A DNA stretch of 64,000 bases from Zygnema circumcarinatum SAG 698-1b. Lineage: Eukaryota; Plantae; Zygnematophyceae. A program made the position numbers and the translations under genes. This document shows, in pieces, positions 1-13,610 of the stretch. Below the pieces are notes generated by a model. It had not been told where the DNA came from and ran no database searches. It saw nothing but the letters and a program-made list of their open reading frames with translations. Each line of letters starts with the position of its first letter. The first letter of the stretch is position 1. The stretch lies in contig CM074804.1 in NCBI GenBank assembly GCA_037447605.1, forward strand, positions 8,347,909 to 8,411,908. Direction: 5' to 3'.

Positions 1-62
1 TGTACCCCATCGACTTTGTAAACTCACGTTTGTCTCCGTGTTGCTGTCTTTCCTTCTGGTAG

Positions 63-144
63 GGGAAAGATGCGGATCAAGGGCAGCATGAGAGCCGCAC
101 AGAAGTTCACTCCTGACATCTTTCCAAAGCCCGCAAAGCTGTGA
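63..144 (+). CDS. SCP2: Final exon of peroxisomal sterol carrier protein 2 (gene begins before the window)
   Basis: After the acceptor ...ctggtag at 62 the exon reads (R)GKMRIKGSMRAAQKFTPDIFPKPAKL*. This matches the plant SCP2 C-terminus as I recall it (GAMKIKGSLSAAQKFTPDIFPKPSKL) and ends in a PTS1-type tripeptide, AKL. Not in the ORF track. Confidence 0.9.
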
Positions 145-773
145 TTTGTATACCATGGAGAGCAGTTCTGTCAGCTGCCTATCAGCGGGCTGCACCAGTG
201 TATATAGGGGACATTTATTCTCTGTCTGCAGTCACTTACGTTCATCAAAGGCAGAGCGCAAAAGAGGTTGAGGAACCAGTCGCTGCGGAGGGATGTGTTC
301 TCTACAAAAGTGCATGCGAAATGGCCATTATTATGAAGGGGATGTGCAAAGTTATCTGTTGGCTCAAGTTTGGAAATTGAAAGTTGGTGAATTGGTTGGC
401 CTGGCAACAGGCGATGTTGCCGCGTTTGTTGCTGTGGTGTGGTTTTTTTTTTGTATTATTGTTCGGTGATGTTGGATTCACAAAATCACAGGTAGTTACC
501 ATCATCCCCGCTGTAATCAGCAGAGAACATCCAATACATAGTGTTTCAGGAAACCAGATTTCAGGTTTATAGTTTGCTCAATCCCCCCTTTTCTTTCGAA
601 TAGTATTAGCAGAATAGATTAAGATGTTGTAGAAGGGAACTGTAATATCTGGTTCGCTACTGCTGTATAGTGTCAGCAGCGTACCCATATTTAAATAATA
701 GAAAGTATATATGTATTTTGAAGTATTTGCAAAAGGGATGTCGCTTTGATCCCACGGTGACGATGCCATCAAG

Positions 774-835
774 TGTACATGGGCAAAATCACCATGGGGA
801 ACCACGATGGACTGACCCAAAGCACAAAAGAAAAC
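774..835. repeat. Dispersed short repeat, copy A (copy B at 19481-19556)
   Basis: tgtacatgggcaaaatcaccatggggaaccacga aligns ungapped at 30/35 with tgtacagggacaaagtcgacatggggaaccacga at 19481. Both are followed by gacccaaag. Confidence 0.65.
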
Positions 836-2489
836 GCTAGGAGGTGGAAAACTACGCCTAGGTTCAACAACGCAGCCTTAAAGCAGCCGCGAAGGCATTT
901 TGAGGTATGTATGTCATGTAGTTTTGGGAATACTGTACGTATGTATGTGTGTATGCATTTTGGAGGTGTATGAGGGTACTGAATATTGCCATTGGTGGAT
1001 GTGATGGCATGCATGCATGCATCCGTCATCATGTGCCCCCCATGCGACACATGCGTCGCTCCACAGCCACGTGGCGCCGGGCCATCCTGATCCAAAAAGG
1101 CCGTACGAAACCGTACGGGGCCGCGCGGGCGGGCGGGCGGGCGAGATCCCTAACGGGCGTCCGCCGGCGAGATCTTCTCCGCGCGACCTCGCGGCCCAAG
1201 GCTGGGAAGGCTGCCCGGAAAAAAAGGCGCTCAAATAACTTTCAGGTTGTCTGCTTGATAAAAATATTTCTGCCCGAAAACCGAATCAGAGTTCCAAACA
1301 AAACATTTTATTCTGCCCGAATTTTAGGTCTGATTCAATGGCCAATAAGACGTCTCCTTTCAGGATTGGTCGAAGAGAAACTTTCTATTTTTCTTCGTCT
1401 GGTTTTTTGATGGTAGCATTTTTTTTTTCACTGAACACTGCCCAGAACGTTTTTCATAATAATTACAGTATTGTTAAACTAAAAATAAACTAAAAATGGT
1501 TTCCTTTCGGGCATTAAAATATCCAAGTTTTTCGGGCAGGGAAAAAAAGACGGATCAGGGGCCCTCCTTTCCCAATGGGGGCCCCTCTTGAAAGAGCGTC
1601 GTGCTTGGTTCAGGGAAGGCCAAGGGGGGCGGCCATGGCCATGGGCAAGGGAGCTCCATCTCCCTCCACCGATCCTCGAGGCGACCATGGCATCTGCCTG
1701 GTTCTGGTGTAATCTGAGAAATACAATATTTGTATGTATGGGGCCACCGGAGCATGACCATGGCATGCATGAATCCATCATTATCATCACCCATCCCTAA
1801 ATGCTGCGGGCTGGTGCTAGTTGCAAACAGGGCTGGATCTTGACGGGATGGAAGTCCAGTGATAAGAAGACGACGAGAGGGAGGGAGAGGGAGGGAGAGG
1901 GAGGGGGAGAGAGAGAGTGAGAGCGCGCATATATTGATCCTGCAGGGTCGAGATTATGCTCACAAAGGCCGTTGCAAGGCGCACAATGCAGGGCTGACTG
2001 TGTGACGTAACATCACTTGATCAGTTCTTTTTTGCTGCGCGGCTGCTGCTTGGAAGAAACTCGTTTGAGAAGCCGCGGCATTTGCTTGAGAAGAGACGCG
2101 GTTCGGAGCATGGCAGCAGAAGAACTCAGATCACATGACATCAGAGGCGTAGGAGGAATGCAGGAAGGTCTGTAGCTCAGCAATGCATCTGGACAGGGGG
2201 TCCAGGTTCTATCTCAGGTTCAGGCCGCTGATTAGGTCGACCAACTGACGGGATCCGGAACATGCCCTTGCGTCTGCTCCGCCCTAAACCTGAGCAAACC
2301 TCTTAAACCACTAGAGGCCGTTTCTGTAAGCTTTGACCTCGCTTCGCTCCCAATTAGACGACATTTCTATGTGTTTCAAAGCTCATGAAGTGAGAAAGGG
2401 TGTTGAGACGGAGCTAGCAAGTGCGATATTTTAACTTCGGAAGTGCTCGCTGAGCTTTAATTTGTAGCAACATAAAGTGAAACTTAAAC

Positions 2490-5400
2490 ATGCGTTTGCC
2501 GTCATGTTCCGTATGTGAGAACCCCTACAATGAGGAGGAACGAGCTCCTATGATGCTCCTCTGCGGCCACTCCTTTTGCAAGGAATGCTTAGCTCATTTG
2601 TTTGACTCGTCTTCCGATCACACAATAGTATGTCCACGATGCCGGTACGTTATCTCTTCAAACAAAACCTGAAGCAGTAGAAAGTGTTTGATGACCTAAA
2701 AATGTATGTTACGAGCCACTCCCACTACTCTGTAGAAAAATGGTGATGAGTATACTTTGTCATTTTATCGGCCATAATGAAGTAAGAGTAGTTTTTCGCT
2801 AGTTAAAAACTGAGCACAGAAAGGTATGCGCCATTGCACTTAATATGGTGGATCTGTGGCTCCCGTACTACTTGGCCTTTAGATTGTATATTTTTATTAG
2901 TCGCAAAAACTGGAAAGTCCTTTGTCCAGCGTCCTGAAGTCTTCCCCTGTATCCTCCCGATGTCCAGATCCCAAAGAGTAATAATCATCCTCTTTCTTAT
3001 CGTTCATCATGCTTAGTTGCTATATTCGGAACTGTAATTGGTGTCGACATTCAAATCTCCCGCTGTTCTTTTTTGGGGTCTGTGTCTCATCAAACCTGTG
3101 ACGTCGGTTAAGTTTGATGCCGTTGCTTTTCTTTTCGACTGAAAATCTGTAGACATCCAATGTAAGACAAGTCTCCGTTCAAGTGTTGGATTTCAACACT
3201 AAAGCTGTTGCCATTTTTGGGATTTGCAGGCAGGGATCAAAAGTTGGCAATTCGGTGGAAGCCCTTCGGAAAAATTATGGAATGCTGGCACTTATTCGGC
3301 AAGCATCGGCGGACTACCTTAATGGTGACGTTTCTGGAAGCGATGAAGATAAATCGGATATTATTTCTAGCGTTTTTTCTGACCGATCCCGTGGAGACAC
3401 CCCTCAGGCTTCTCCTAGCTGGCGGCCTGCTTGCAGCATGCAAAATTTGGATGTAGCTGGTCACAATCTACGACTACTACAGCAGTTGGGGCCTGCTCCT
3501 TGGCCTGGTCAAAGTGTCTGGGCAGGAGTACTGAGTGGACGGGGGGGTTGTCGACACAAAGTAGCAGTAAAGAAACTCGATGTGGCAGAAGGAAGCAATT
3601 TTGTCTGGACCCACACAAAGATTGAGGGACTTAGGAGGGCTGCAGTGTGGTGTCAGAACGTATGTCCACTATATGGAGTGGTATTGAAAGAGGGTAAGCT
3701 ATGCATTGTGATGGAGAAGTATGTGGGGTCTGTGCAAGATGCCATGCAACAGAGTGGGGGTCGGCTAACACTGGAGCAGATCCTTAGGTGAGTGTATTCT
3801 CTTCAACTAAGCATGTTTTCAAGAAAAAGATAAAATCTTTTTTTCAAAATCTGCAGCTTTTGGCAATAAGACAAAACCTCGTCGTAATGAAATTCTCCTT
3901 GGAAGGAATGCTGTTAAAAGTGGTTGCTTTTCTGGCATCTCAAACTGCTCTATGTGATGCTGCAGATATGGTGCTGATATCGCTCGTGGGGTCAGCGAAC
4001 TACACTCAGCCGGAATCATGTGCATGGGACTGAAACCTTCCAACATGCTGCTCACCAAGCAAGGCCGCGCTGTAGTGGCAGACTATGGGCTCCCTGAAAT
4101 TCAAAAACGATCCCGATGTCGAAAAGCGCGGCAGCAAAGGGGAGACGAGATCTGTTCTAATACACATCTATGCTCTGACTGCTTGGGCTTAGCCCCCAAC
4201 TACATGCCGCCAGAGGCTTGGGAGCCCACAAAAAAGTCTTCATTAAACTTGTTTTGGGAGGATCTGATGGGGCCCTGCCTGGAATCCGACGCTTGGAGCT
4301 TTGGCTGCTCTCTTGTGGAAATGTGCACTGGAATTGCCCCGTAAGGCCATTTGCATGAACTTGGTGAAGGCAGGATGGTGGTTTCGCTCGTTTTTGCAAG
4401 ATGAACGCCGCTTTTGCTTTTTTTTTTTTTTGAGAATTGCGACATGGAATCCATTTGTGTCTCTCTTCGCCATAGTCAATAATGAGTTAGTGACTGTTCA
4501 TGCAGATGGGCTGGAGCCTCTCCAGAAGAGATACGACGAATGGTAGTGAAGGCTAAGCGGCAGCCTCCTGAGTATGCGGGAGTGGTGGGTGGCGGCATTC
4601 CTCGCGAGCTTTGGAAAATGATTGGAGACTGCCTGCAGTGGAAGCCATCTAAGAGACCGTCTTTCCATGCCATGCTCAGCATTTTCCTGCGGCATTTGAA
4701 GGAAATGCCGCTCAGCCCGCCTCCGAGCCCAGATAAGTAAGCTCTTTACTTTTTCCTTAGTCTCTAGATCGACTCATTTTTCATTTTTTTTTTTTTTTTT
4801 CCTTTTTGCCTGATTCCCATTTACATGAGTTTGGTTCTCTAGTTTCACAAACGATGTCATTGTCGTTTGGGAATCAGTCATCCCTCCAAGGAGCAGGAGC
4901 TTCGCAACATGGAACCATCTCCTCCTTCTGTCCTCGACTTTGCCGGGAACTCTGACGCAGCGCTCCATCGTCTGATATTGGAGGCTGATGTAGCTGGAGT
5001 GAGGCAAGTTCTCCTTCATGCTGCTTCTCTCAAAGCATATTGGAAATAAGACCTATTCGCCTCGTCTTATTTGTGTCAATGCCCACCATGGGCAATCGAG
5101 CATATCTGTTGTGTCACTGGGCTACACTTCATGATTCTTCCCTTGACAGGATAGTGTACACAAACCGCAAACTGACTGAGCAAACCGAACCCCTATGCAG
5201 GGACCTGCTGGACGCTGCTGTGGCTGGCAGAAAGGGGGACCCCAAATTGCCGGGGACACCACTGACTGTGGGTACTCTACTTGAATCTCGAAATGAAGAT
5301 GGCCAAACTCCAATTCACCTTGCCGCCATGCGGGGCTACTCCCACATACTGGAACTCCTGCTTACCCACCCTGAGGCAGACATTGATGCTTTGGATAAAA

Positions 5401-8400
5401 ATGGAGACACGCCTATTTTCTTTGCAGTGGCCTCGGGCTCATTGGAGTGCCTCCGAGCCCTTGTGAAGCACGGAGCCAATGTGAATGCCCGGCTGAAGGA
5501 TGGGTTGGGGCCTTCAGTTGCGCATGTGTGTGCCAGTTATGGCCATCCGGACTGTATGCAGGTGAGTTAGACATTGTTTAGCTTTTTCCACCTAGCTCGA
5601 GACAGGACTCTCACTTGGCAGTTACTAGTTAAGGGACATGTTTTTTCCTTCTGCAGGTGATTGGTATATCGCATTGTAGCACTTGGTATGATTTCAATTG
5701 AACAATGGAGGTTGATTTCCCACCACCCCTGTCTTCCTTCCTGCTGCAGGAACTTTTGAATGCAGGCGCAGACCCAGTTGCCCTGGATGAAGATGGAGAG
5801 ACGCCACTGCATCGTGCTGTGGCCAAGCGGCATATTGACTGCGCTTTGGCCATTCTCTCACACGGAGGCTGCAGGAGCATGGGCATACCCAACTACAAGG
5901 GCTTCACGTAAGTTTGATTGAGCATGCTGCACGAGAAACACGGCTGTTCTTGCTTACTTTCTTGAATGGCGGCTGTATTTTCTTCTTTACGTGACTTCAC
6001 TTGCTAATCGTGAAGCAGTCGGGGAATGGGTTTGCTTCAGCCCATTGCATATGTGTACAGCAGCGGGGAGTGTAACTTTGGTAACTCGGTGGTTAGAGCT
6101 GGACTCAGCTGAGGCTACAAAAACGGCATTAGCTGTGACTTCATCAGCGGGTCCTCCCCTTTGTGTGGCTCCGGGATTAAAGACAAGCCAGCGGTTGGGT
6201 GAGGCATACACAAACACAGCAGAAATTTGATGAATCTTTCATCAGCTCTGCCTCTCTCTTCTCTTGCCTGACACTGCTCTCAGAGCCTCCGTCCTTAGGT
6301 GGGAGGAATGATAATGCAATGTCTGCCGGAGCTGTTCCATCAGTAGTTGAGGTGCTTGTCAGGTTCTTCCTTGCTGCTGAAGCATGTGATGATTTCCAGC
6401 TCCTAACCCAAATTTGAGATGATCGTTTTGGCGTCCAGAAGGGAGAACACTTGTGGGCCTTTTTCTGAGAGCCGGGGCGGATCCATTAGCCACCGATCCC
6501 TCCCGAGGATACACATGTCTACATTTGGCAGCTCTGGCTGACGATCCGGAAATGATAAAGGTGCTGCTCCTCCCACTGGAAGCTCGCATTTTAGTTGAAA
6601 AGATGGAGTCAGTGTTATTACGGTAATGACGGTTCTTAGGGTCCCATCTTCTGTCTGCACCCATCAACCTGCACCCAATCGGATGGGGCTGTGTCAGCGA
6701 CTGGGTGAGTCGCAACTGGAGGACTTCACTGCAGGATGTTTTCCCCAATGCTACTGTTAATTGAGCATTGTTCATGCATTCTAGCTGTTCTTGTAAATGC
6801 TATGGCTTGCCTACCTTCTGCTGATGGGATTGTTGAACCGTGCATGCGGATTTTGGCTAGAAACTCCGATTTTCTTGAATAATCACCTGTCCTCTTTACA
6901 GCATTATGAGCCCCCCAAATGTGACCAATGGTGCCTTTCGTTCTGTTTCCTGTCCTTTGAAAAACTACGCAACGTAATGCAGACTATGCTTGACGGGGGC
7001 ATCGACGTGAATATGCGAGATGCCCGCGGTAGCACTGCCCTCCATGTGGCCCTTGCCAGGGGCTCTCAGCGAGCAGTTAGTCTCCTTCTGGAGCATAATG
7101 CGGATTATAATCTTCAGGTGGGTTTTACTATATCTATCAGAAGATTATTGCCTGCATGTTGTGACCACCGGTCATGATCAGCTTACCTGGTCCGTTTGTA
7201 GATTGATCGCTTTGAGCCCTGTAGAGTTATTAATGATGCAGGTTTGCTGGGCCAAAAAATGAAGCATGTTAAAATACCATGACGATTGGGATGATGCCGC
7301 CGGTATACTATCTATGTTTTTGCATCATCAGGTCAAGTTCTATGTTTTAGGCGGTGGATGGATTGTTCCTGCTCCTCCTCCTCCTATCACCTTCTCCCTT
7401 GACTCTCTAGCAAAGTCTGAGGGGCAGGTGCTCACGTGTACTGTTTCCTTTTATGCATTGGCACCTCCTGAATCTTGTATTGGTCTTGGGCAATTTACAG
7501 GATGACGATGGAAACAACTCACTGCATGTGGCAGCGCTCACGAGTAAATGCATCCGCGAGAACTTCAAATGGCTCACATTAATGCTCTGCAAGCCTGACT
7601 CACAACCTCATGTGAAAAATCACAGGTATATATAATGCCATACACACCATGGTAACTCCTTATTCATCTCCATGCCCTGCTGGTTCACTTGCATGGGGCA
7701 AAATGTTTGCTTGAAGCAGCACTTTTTGGGATTCGACGCTTTCCTGTATTTGGTGGAGGAGACTCTTTCTTGAGAGACTGCCCCGTGTGAGCCCCGCAGT
7801 GGCAGAACCGTGCAAGATATATTGGATGTGGTTCCTCGGGAATGGATTTCTGAAGACCTGCTTACAGCACTCGACAATAAAGGCATGCAGCTTGCTCCTG
7901 CAGTGTACGGCTTTCCTTCACCTCACATCAATTTGTAATCATTTCTCAAGACCTTTTGAACTAAGATTGAATCAGTTGTATTGCTCGATCATCGAATCTG
8001 TGTTGTGCCTGTCATTGCAGATTCTCCCCTTCCGATTGGGTCATGTTTAAACGCTCCGTGGAAGAACCCAAATACGGATGGCAAGGGGCCTCCTCCGGCA
8101 GTGTGGGGTTTGTGCAGTCGGTGGCAGAGAATGGAGAGCTCACGGTAATGTTTTGCACCGGCGAGGTCCGCGCGCTATATTCCGAGCTGCATAAAGTTGT
8201 TCCCTTTGAGCAGGGCCAGCATGTGCGGGTGAAGGCCTCTGTGAAGGAACCGCGGTAAGGAAAAACGAGCCAAAGAATGTAGCAACATGTAGACAAAAGA
8301 GAAAAGAAACTCCATTGTGGCCAATGTCATCCTTCCGAATTCGTTTCTCTATAATCTGCAGAGGCTGCAGCTTCTCCACACTCACTTGTTAAAACTGCAA

Positions 8401-11400
8401 TTGTTGTCATGGGTCAGTACGTGTATGCAAAAGTGACACATCCCCAAGTTTGACACGTGTATCTCTCTGAACGTGGTCGACAAACGATAGGCATGATCGG
8501 CCAAGTCTATAACATATAGTTCTTCCTATACTCTATCCTCCCTAAGAGCCCTTCTGCCGTACCCCCCTTCACAGGTATGGTTGGCGCAGTCAGTCCCATT
8601 CCAGCGTTGGAACGGTTCTCTGCATCGACGATGATGGGGTCCTCCGAGTGGGCTTCCAGGGGGCTTCAAGGGGGTGGAAGGCTGACCCTGCAGATATGGA
8701 GAGAGTGGAGGAGTTTAAGGTTGGGGACTGGGTGAGGGCAACTCCCAGTCTGAGCAAGCCCAAGCATGGGCTCGGCTCTGCAGTGCCCGGCAGCATAGGG
8801 GTGGTGTACAGCCTGCGGGCGGATCATAGCCTACTAATTAACTTCTGCTTTCAAGATGAGCCTTGGCTTTGTGAACCTGAGGAGGTGGAGGCAGTGCAGC
8901 CATTTCAGGTGAGGACATGAGAATAAGTGGAAAAACAACCGACTAAGAAAAAGGCTTCCTTGTCTTTAATAGGCGACATGCCTGTGCTTGTTGATCCCGA
9001 AGGTGTTTTCTAGAAGCTTTGTCCACAGAGGCTGAATCCAACTTGTAATCCACCTTAACAAGAGGATGGCACACTACCACGCAAGCATAGGTAACACCAA
9101 GATTGGCAACCACGATTTAAGTCATAACCCACTCAAAGTAACAACCACAATGTTCAGAAAAGACCAACGCTGTTTCCTTAATGACATATGGCAATGTGCG
9201 TGGGCAGGTGGGCGAACGAGTTTGTGTGAAGCGGTCGGTTGCAGAGCCTCGCTTTGGATGGTGTGGAGAGACCCACCATACAGTTGGGAGCATAAGTGAT
9301 GTAAGCAGCAATGGGCTGCTTAGGGTTTCTGTGAGTGGGAGATCGGCCGCATGGCAGGCTGATCCTGCCGACATGGAGAGGCTCGAGCAGCTTGTGGTGA
9401 GGATTTTGCTTTACCCGTCCAAGTGAAGAATGCTTTGGCTTATGGATATCGAGTTTAGGCGGCCTTTCTCGCTTGATGTTCTATGACCAACATGTTTGTA
9501 TGGAGACAGTGGAGTAATATGGACGATAGCCGGTATGCCGGTGGATGTACCGGTACGGTCTGTTGTCTTATTTATATGCGCAAAGGTGAAGGTGGGCCTT
9601 TCGCTGGTTTTGTTTTGAAGGTTTGATGACCACATGTGAAGCTACTTAATTGGCAATGTGCAAGTTTTTGCAGGTGGGAGACTGGGTGAGAGTGAAGGCT
9701 TCCGTTCCTTCACCCAAGTATGGATGGGAGGATGTTACAAGAGGCAGCGTAGGGGTAGTCCACATGGTCGATGAGGACGGCGACATTGGAATTGGCTTTT
9801 GCTTTTGTGTTCGGCCATTCGACTGTTCCATGGCAGATGTGGAAAAGGTCTCTCTACCCTTACAGCTATCACCTTCATGCTTTATATATGCCTTTGTAGG
9901 TTCCACACTTAGCTTGTTTCTCACTAATCCCAGTTGCTCATAAATGATCAAGGAATAGCTTCTCGAATCCATATGTGATCGCATAATGTAACACCAGCTT
10001 CACTTTTTTAAAGTTTATGCTCAGTTTGTATGTAAATAGCAACGACATCCCTTGGCAATCCTTTGTCTGCATCCATAACCTTCAATTCCTGATGCGGTTA
10101 AGTATGCAGGTTCCAGCCTTCCGAATAGGGCAAGAAATTCGTATACTACCAAGTGTTTCCGAACCACGTCTTGGCTGGTCGGGAGAGAATTCCACCACAT
10201 CTGGAAAAGTTGTTTCCATTGACATGGATGGCACCTTGAATGTGAGTCTGCTGCCTCCGTTAGCTGCACTACTCATTCAAGCCCAGTGCAGTTTGGTGTT
10301 TATTCTTGTAGGTTACAAACGTTCATGAAGATCGTGAAGTTCTAAGTACAGACGTGAAAGTGTCGTTTCGGTCTCTGCTTTTCATTGTTGCGTCTCAACT
10401 ACAACTCAATCAACTCAATAAAGAAGAGTTCTGAATGGTTAGATGAGACTCTGAATCTTCTGACACTTGGGAAGAATGATCAAAATTCTTCTTGCAGGTG
10501 CGTGTTATTGGCCGGTCGAGCTTGTGGCGCGTTTCCCCCGGTGATGCAGAATGTTTATCCGGATTTGAGGTGGGCGACTGGGTGAGGCTTAAGGAGCACT
10601 CCGAAAACACACCGAGTCCGGAGTGGTTTGGTGGAGCTGTTGGGAGTGGTAGGAATGGAACAGTAGGACTGTCTCAGAGAGGAAGCATAGCCGTTGTACA
10701 CAGTACATTAGAGAATGCGAACTTAGAATTGGCTGCCTGCTTCAGGCACGGGCGGTGGACCTGCCACTCCTCGCAGGTGGAGAAGGTGACTCCCTTGAAA
10801 GTGGGGCAGCATGTGCAGATAAAGGGAGGGATTAAGGAGCCAAGGTGGGGCTGGAGAGGGGTCAAGCAGGGTAGTAGAGGCGTGGTAGTGGGAGTGCATG
10901 CAGATGGTGAGGTGAGGGTAGCATTTCCGGGAGCGGGGCATGTTCCATGGAAAGCGGACCCTGCAGATGTTGAGGTGGTAGAGGTGCTGCAGGTGGGCGA
11001 TTGGGTGAGAGTGCAGCCTGAACTGGCAGAGCCTCGGTTTGGCTGGAAATCGGTGAAGCGCGGGAGTGTAGGAATTGTGCAGGGAATACTCTATGACGTG
11101 GAGTCCTTGTCAGCATTGAAAGGAGTGCCGCATACTTCATTCGAGAAGCAGCAACAGAACGGCAACATGGAAACAGGTTGTTGTGGAAGCTGCAAGAATG
11201 GCGTGGATTGCGGGGACTCGAAACAGGGCGAAAGTTCAGGAGAGAGCGAATCCGATGACTGGAAAAGAGGGAGGAAACGATCTGGGGTGGAGGAAGGGAC
11301 AGAGGGAGCTGCCTGTGAATCTGAAGTACGCAATGGTGGGGAAGAAAGCAGTCGTGTGCCTGTTGGGAGTGAAGAAACGAGTTCAGGGGAGGTATCAAAG

Positions 11401-12465
11401 TCTGCGGGATGCCCCAAAGAGAGATACCTCCAACAGGACTACTCTTGCTCTACTGCAACAGACTGTCGTGAAGGCTCATGGAAAGGCAGTGAGCACTCTC
11501 AGTCTTCCGTTACCCAGAACCTGGAACAGCCGCATGGATCCTCAGTGTCGTCAGAGTGGCCTGTGTTGGTCGGGTTTTGTGGCCAGCAGGAGAGATGGGT
11601 GGGAATGCCTTCCGAGCTTCAAAGGGTAGATCCAATTAGGGTTGCGCAGCGTGTGAAGCTAAAGGAGGGCATTGTTCAGCCGCGGTTTGGATGGATGGGG
11701 CACGACCAAGGAACCGTTGGCACAGTTGCGTCTGTGGATGGAGACGGCCAGCTCAGAATACATTCTCCCATGTCTACTCAAAAGGCGTGGATTCTCGACC
11801 CTGCAGAGGTGGAAGTGGTCGAAGACCAGGTGAAGCAGCGCTTTCCTGCTCTGGAAACCTTAGTTAGCCTGAACCGCCACAGATCACCCTGAACCCCTCT
11901 CCAGTCTTTTTCTACCGACGGACCGACCGACCAGTGATGCGGTCTCTTTGGCCTGATGATACCAGTGCATGCTCACATGTATGCGACATTAGTCTGATTG
12001 TGATTTTGATTGTGATTCTGATTGTAAGTGTAATTGTTTCTTCGGGTGCTCCCCTCCTTGCCTATGCAGCCGCTGAAGGTGGGCGATTGGGTGCGGGTTC
12101 GGTCGAGTGTTCCGGTGCCCTCTCACCAGTGGGGAGAAGTGAGCCATGGGAGCATTGGAGTGGTCCACCGCATAGACGATGAGGGGGACCTCTGGGTGGC
12201 CTTTTGCTTTCTGAACCGCCTGTGGGTCTGCCGCTCAGCAGAGATGGAAAGGGTGGAGCCGTTCCGTGTTGGCCAACGGGTCCGTGTCAAACTTTCTGTA
12301 GTGAACCCGCGGTTAGGGTGGGGAAACGAGACCTGTGCCAGCCGAGGCTTTGTGGCGGGAGTGGATGCTGATGGCAAAGTTCGAGTGAGGTTTGCTCGGA
12401 GAGAGGGACGGCTCTGGGTGGGGGATCCCGCGGACCTCGAGCTGGACCTCCAGGAGGGTGGCTGA
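2490..12465 (+). CDS. KEG: E3 ubiquitin ligase KEEP ON GOING (RING - kinase-like - ankyrin repeats - HERC2-like repeats), multi-exon
   Basis: Exon 1 is a RING finger, MRLPSCSVCENPYNEEERAPMMLLCGHSFCKECL...CPRCR, continued by VGNSVEALRKNYGMLALI. The kinase region has HKVAVKK, LKPSNMLL...ADYGL, YMPPEAWEP and DAWSFGCSLVEM. Ankyrin repeats follow (GQTPIHLAA, GDTPIFFAV, GETPLHRAV, GSTALHVAL), then many (L/F)xVGDWVRV...EPxxGW HERC2-like repeats, ending DLELDLQEGG*. Confidence 0.96.
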
Positions 12466-13610
12466 GAGATCTCTGGTTTTCCATGCACGTGAAGACTTAT
12501 TCAGATTCAGTTTCCGTTTCCCATGCACAGGCTAAGAGACAGAGACAGAAGATGACCTTTGCCTTGGCAAAGTAGAATAGCAACCGCGCCACGTTTCCAA
12601 TATCTTTCTCTTTTTCTTCTTCGTTTTTTTTCTTTTTTCGCGTATTCCCCGTTTGTTAGAGCACCTGGGTTTGAATAGCGTCTTGATGGTTTTAGCGGCA
12701 TACACCCTGTGATAGGTAGGACTATTCAAGCTAGGGTTCAGACTTCTATATGATCCCGCACAGTAGAGCGAAAAGGATGGCGGCTTCCAAATTCGTCTCC
12801 CATATAAGGGGTTGTTCTGGTAGGCTTGCGATCGGTCTCTTCGTAGTAGTTCCGTTTACCGTACTAGGATTGAAGAGCATAGAAAAGGCAGTTTTCTGTC
12901 TGCCGGGCCAATCGCAGGGCTACCAGATTTGGGCGTTAAGTTGCAAGGGGAGGAGTTCTCCCAACAGACTTCTTCTGCCGGTTTCTTTCTCCACTTTTGT
13001 ATGCCCATTTTCTGATTCCACTTCTTGCGTTTTACTTCTTTATTCCATCTCGTGAACAATTCCACTTCATTGTTTCACTTCTACCAGGTTCCACTCCATT
13101 CCCATTTCCCGAACGTGAAACATCTCATTAAATTAACTCCCATTTCAATAAAAATCCTTGTCTTGGCAACTCAGCAGTTCCAATCTCTAGTTTTTACCCC
13201 ACTTTCTTGATCCACTTGGGTAAGAGTCCCCTTTCTATTTCAATGGTCTTATTTTTTTTTTTGGTTTAGGTTTAGTTTGATCTCACATCTCCGAGGAACG
13301 AAACGAAGAAGAGAAGTTGGGAAGAGTGAGGGGGAATTCGATCTCCTTTGAATAAGTTCACACCCGCCTGTGAACACGGGGATGGCAGAGTTGTGCCTTC
13401 TGTACAACGCTCCTGCAGAGTCTCTCTCCCTACTAGCCAAAAGCCTAATAGCCTTCACCTTCCCTCAATCAGCTCACACGCCTACTCCTACTCCTACAAC
13501 TGTACATACAAACGCCTAAAGCAGTAACCCCTCCTCTCTCCCCTCCCTACCCTCCCTCCTCTCCTCTCCTCTTTTAAGCAGGAGAAGGCGTATTCGCTCT
13601 CCCTCCCGCC

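Noticed and set aside
1212-1540. Inward-facing CTGCCCGAA motifs upstream of KEG
   Set aside because: The motifs are short, do not extend into TIRs and have no TSD, so they are too weak to call an element.
12123-12488. Antisense ORFs overlapping real exons (also 14740-14955, 44566-45075, 53349-55287)
   Set aside because: They are reverse-frame shadows of coding sequence with no independent motifs.
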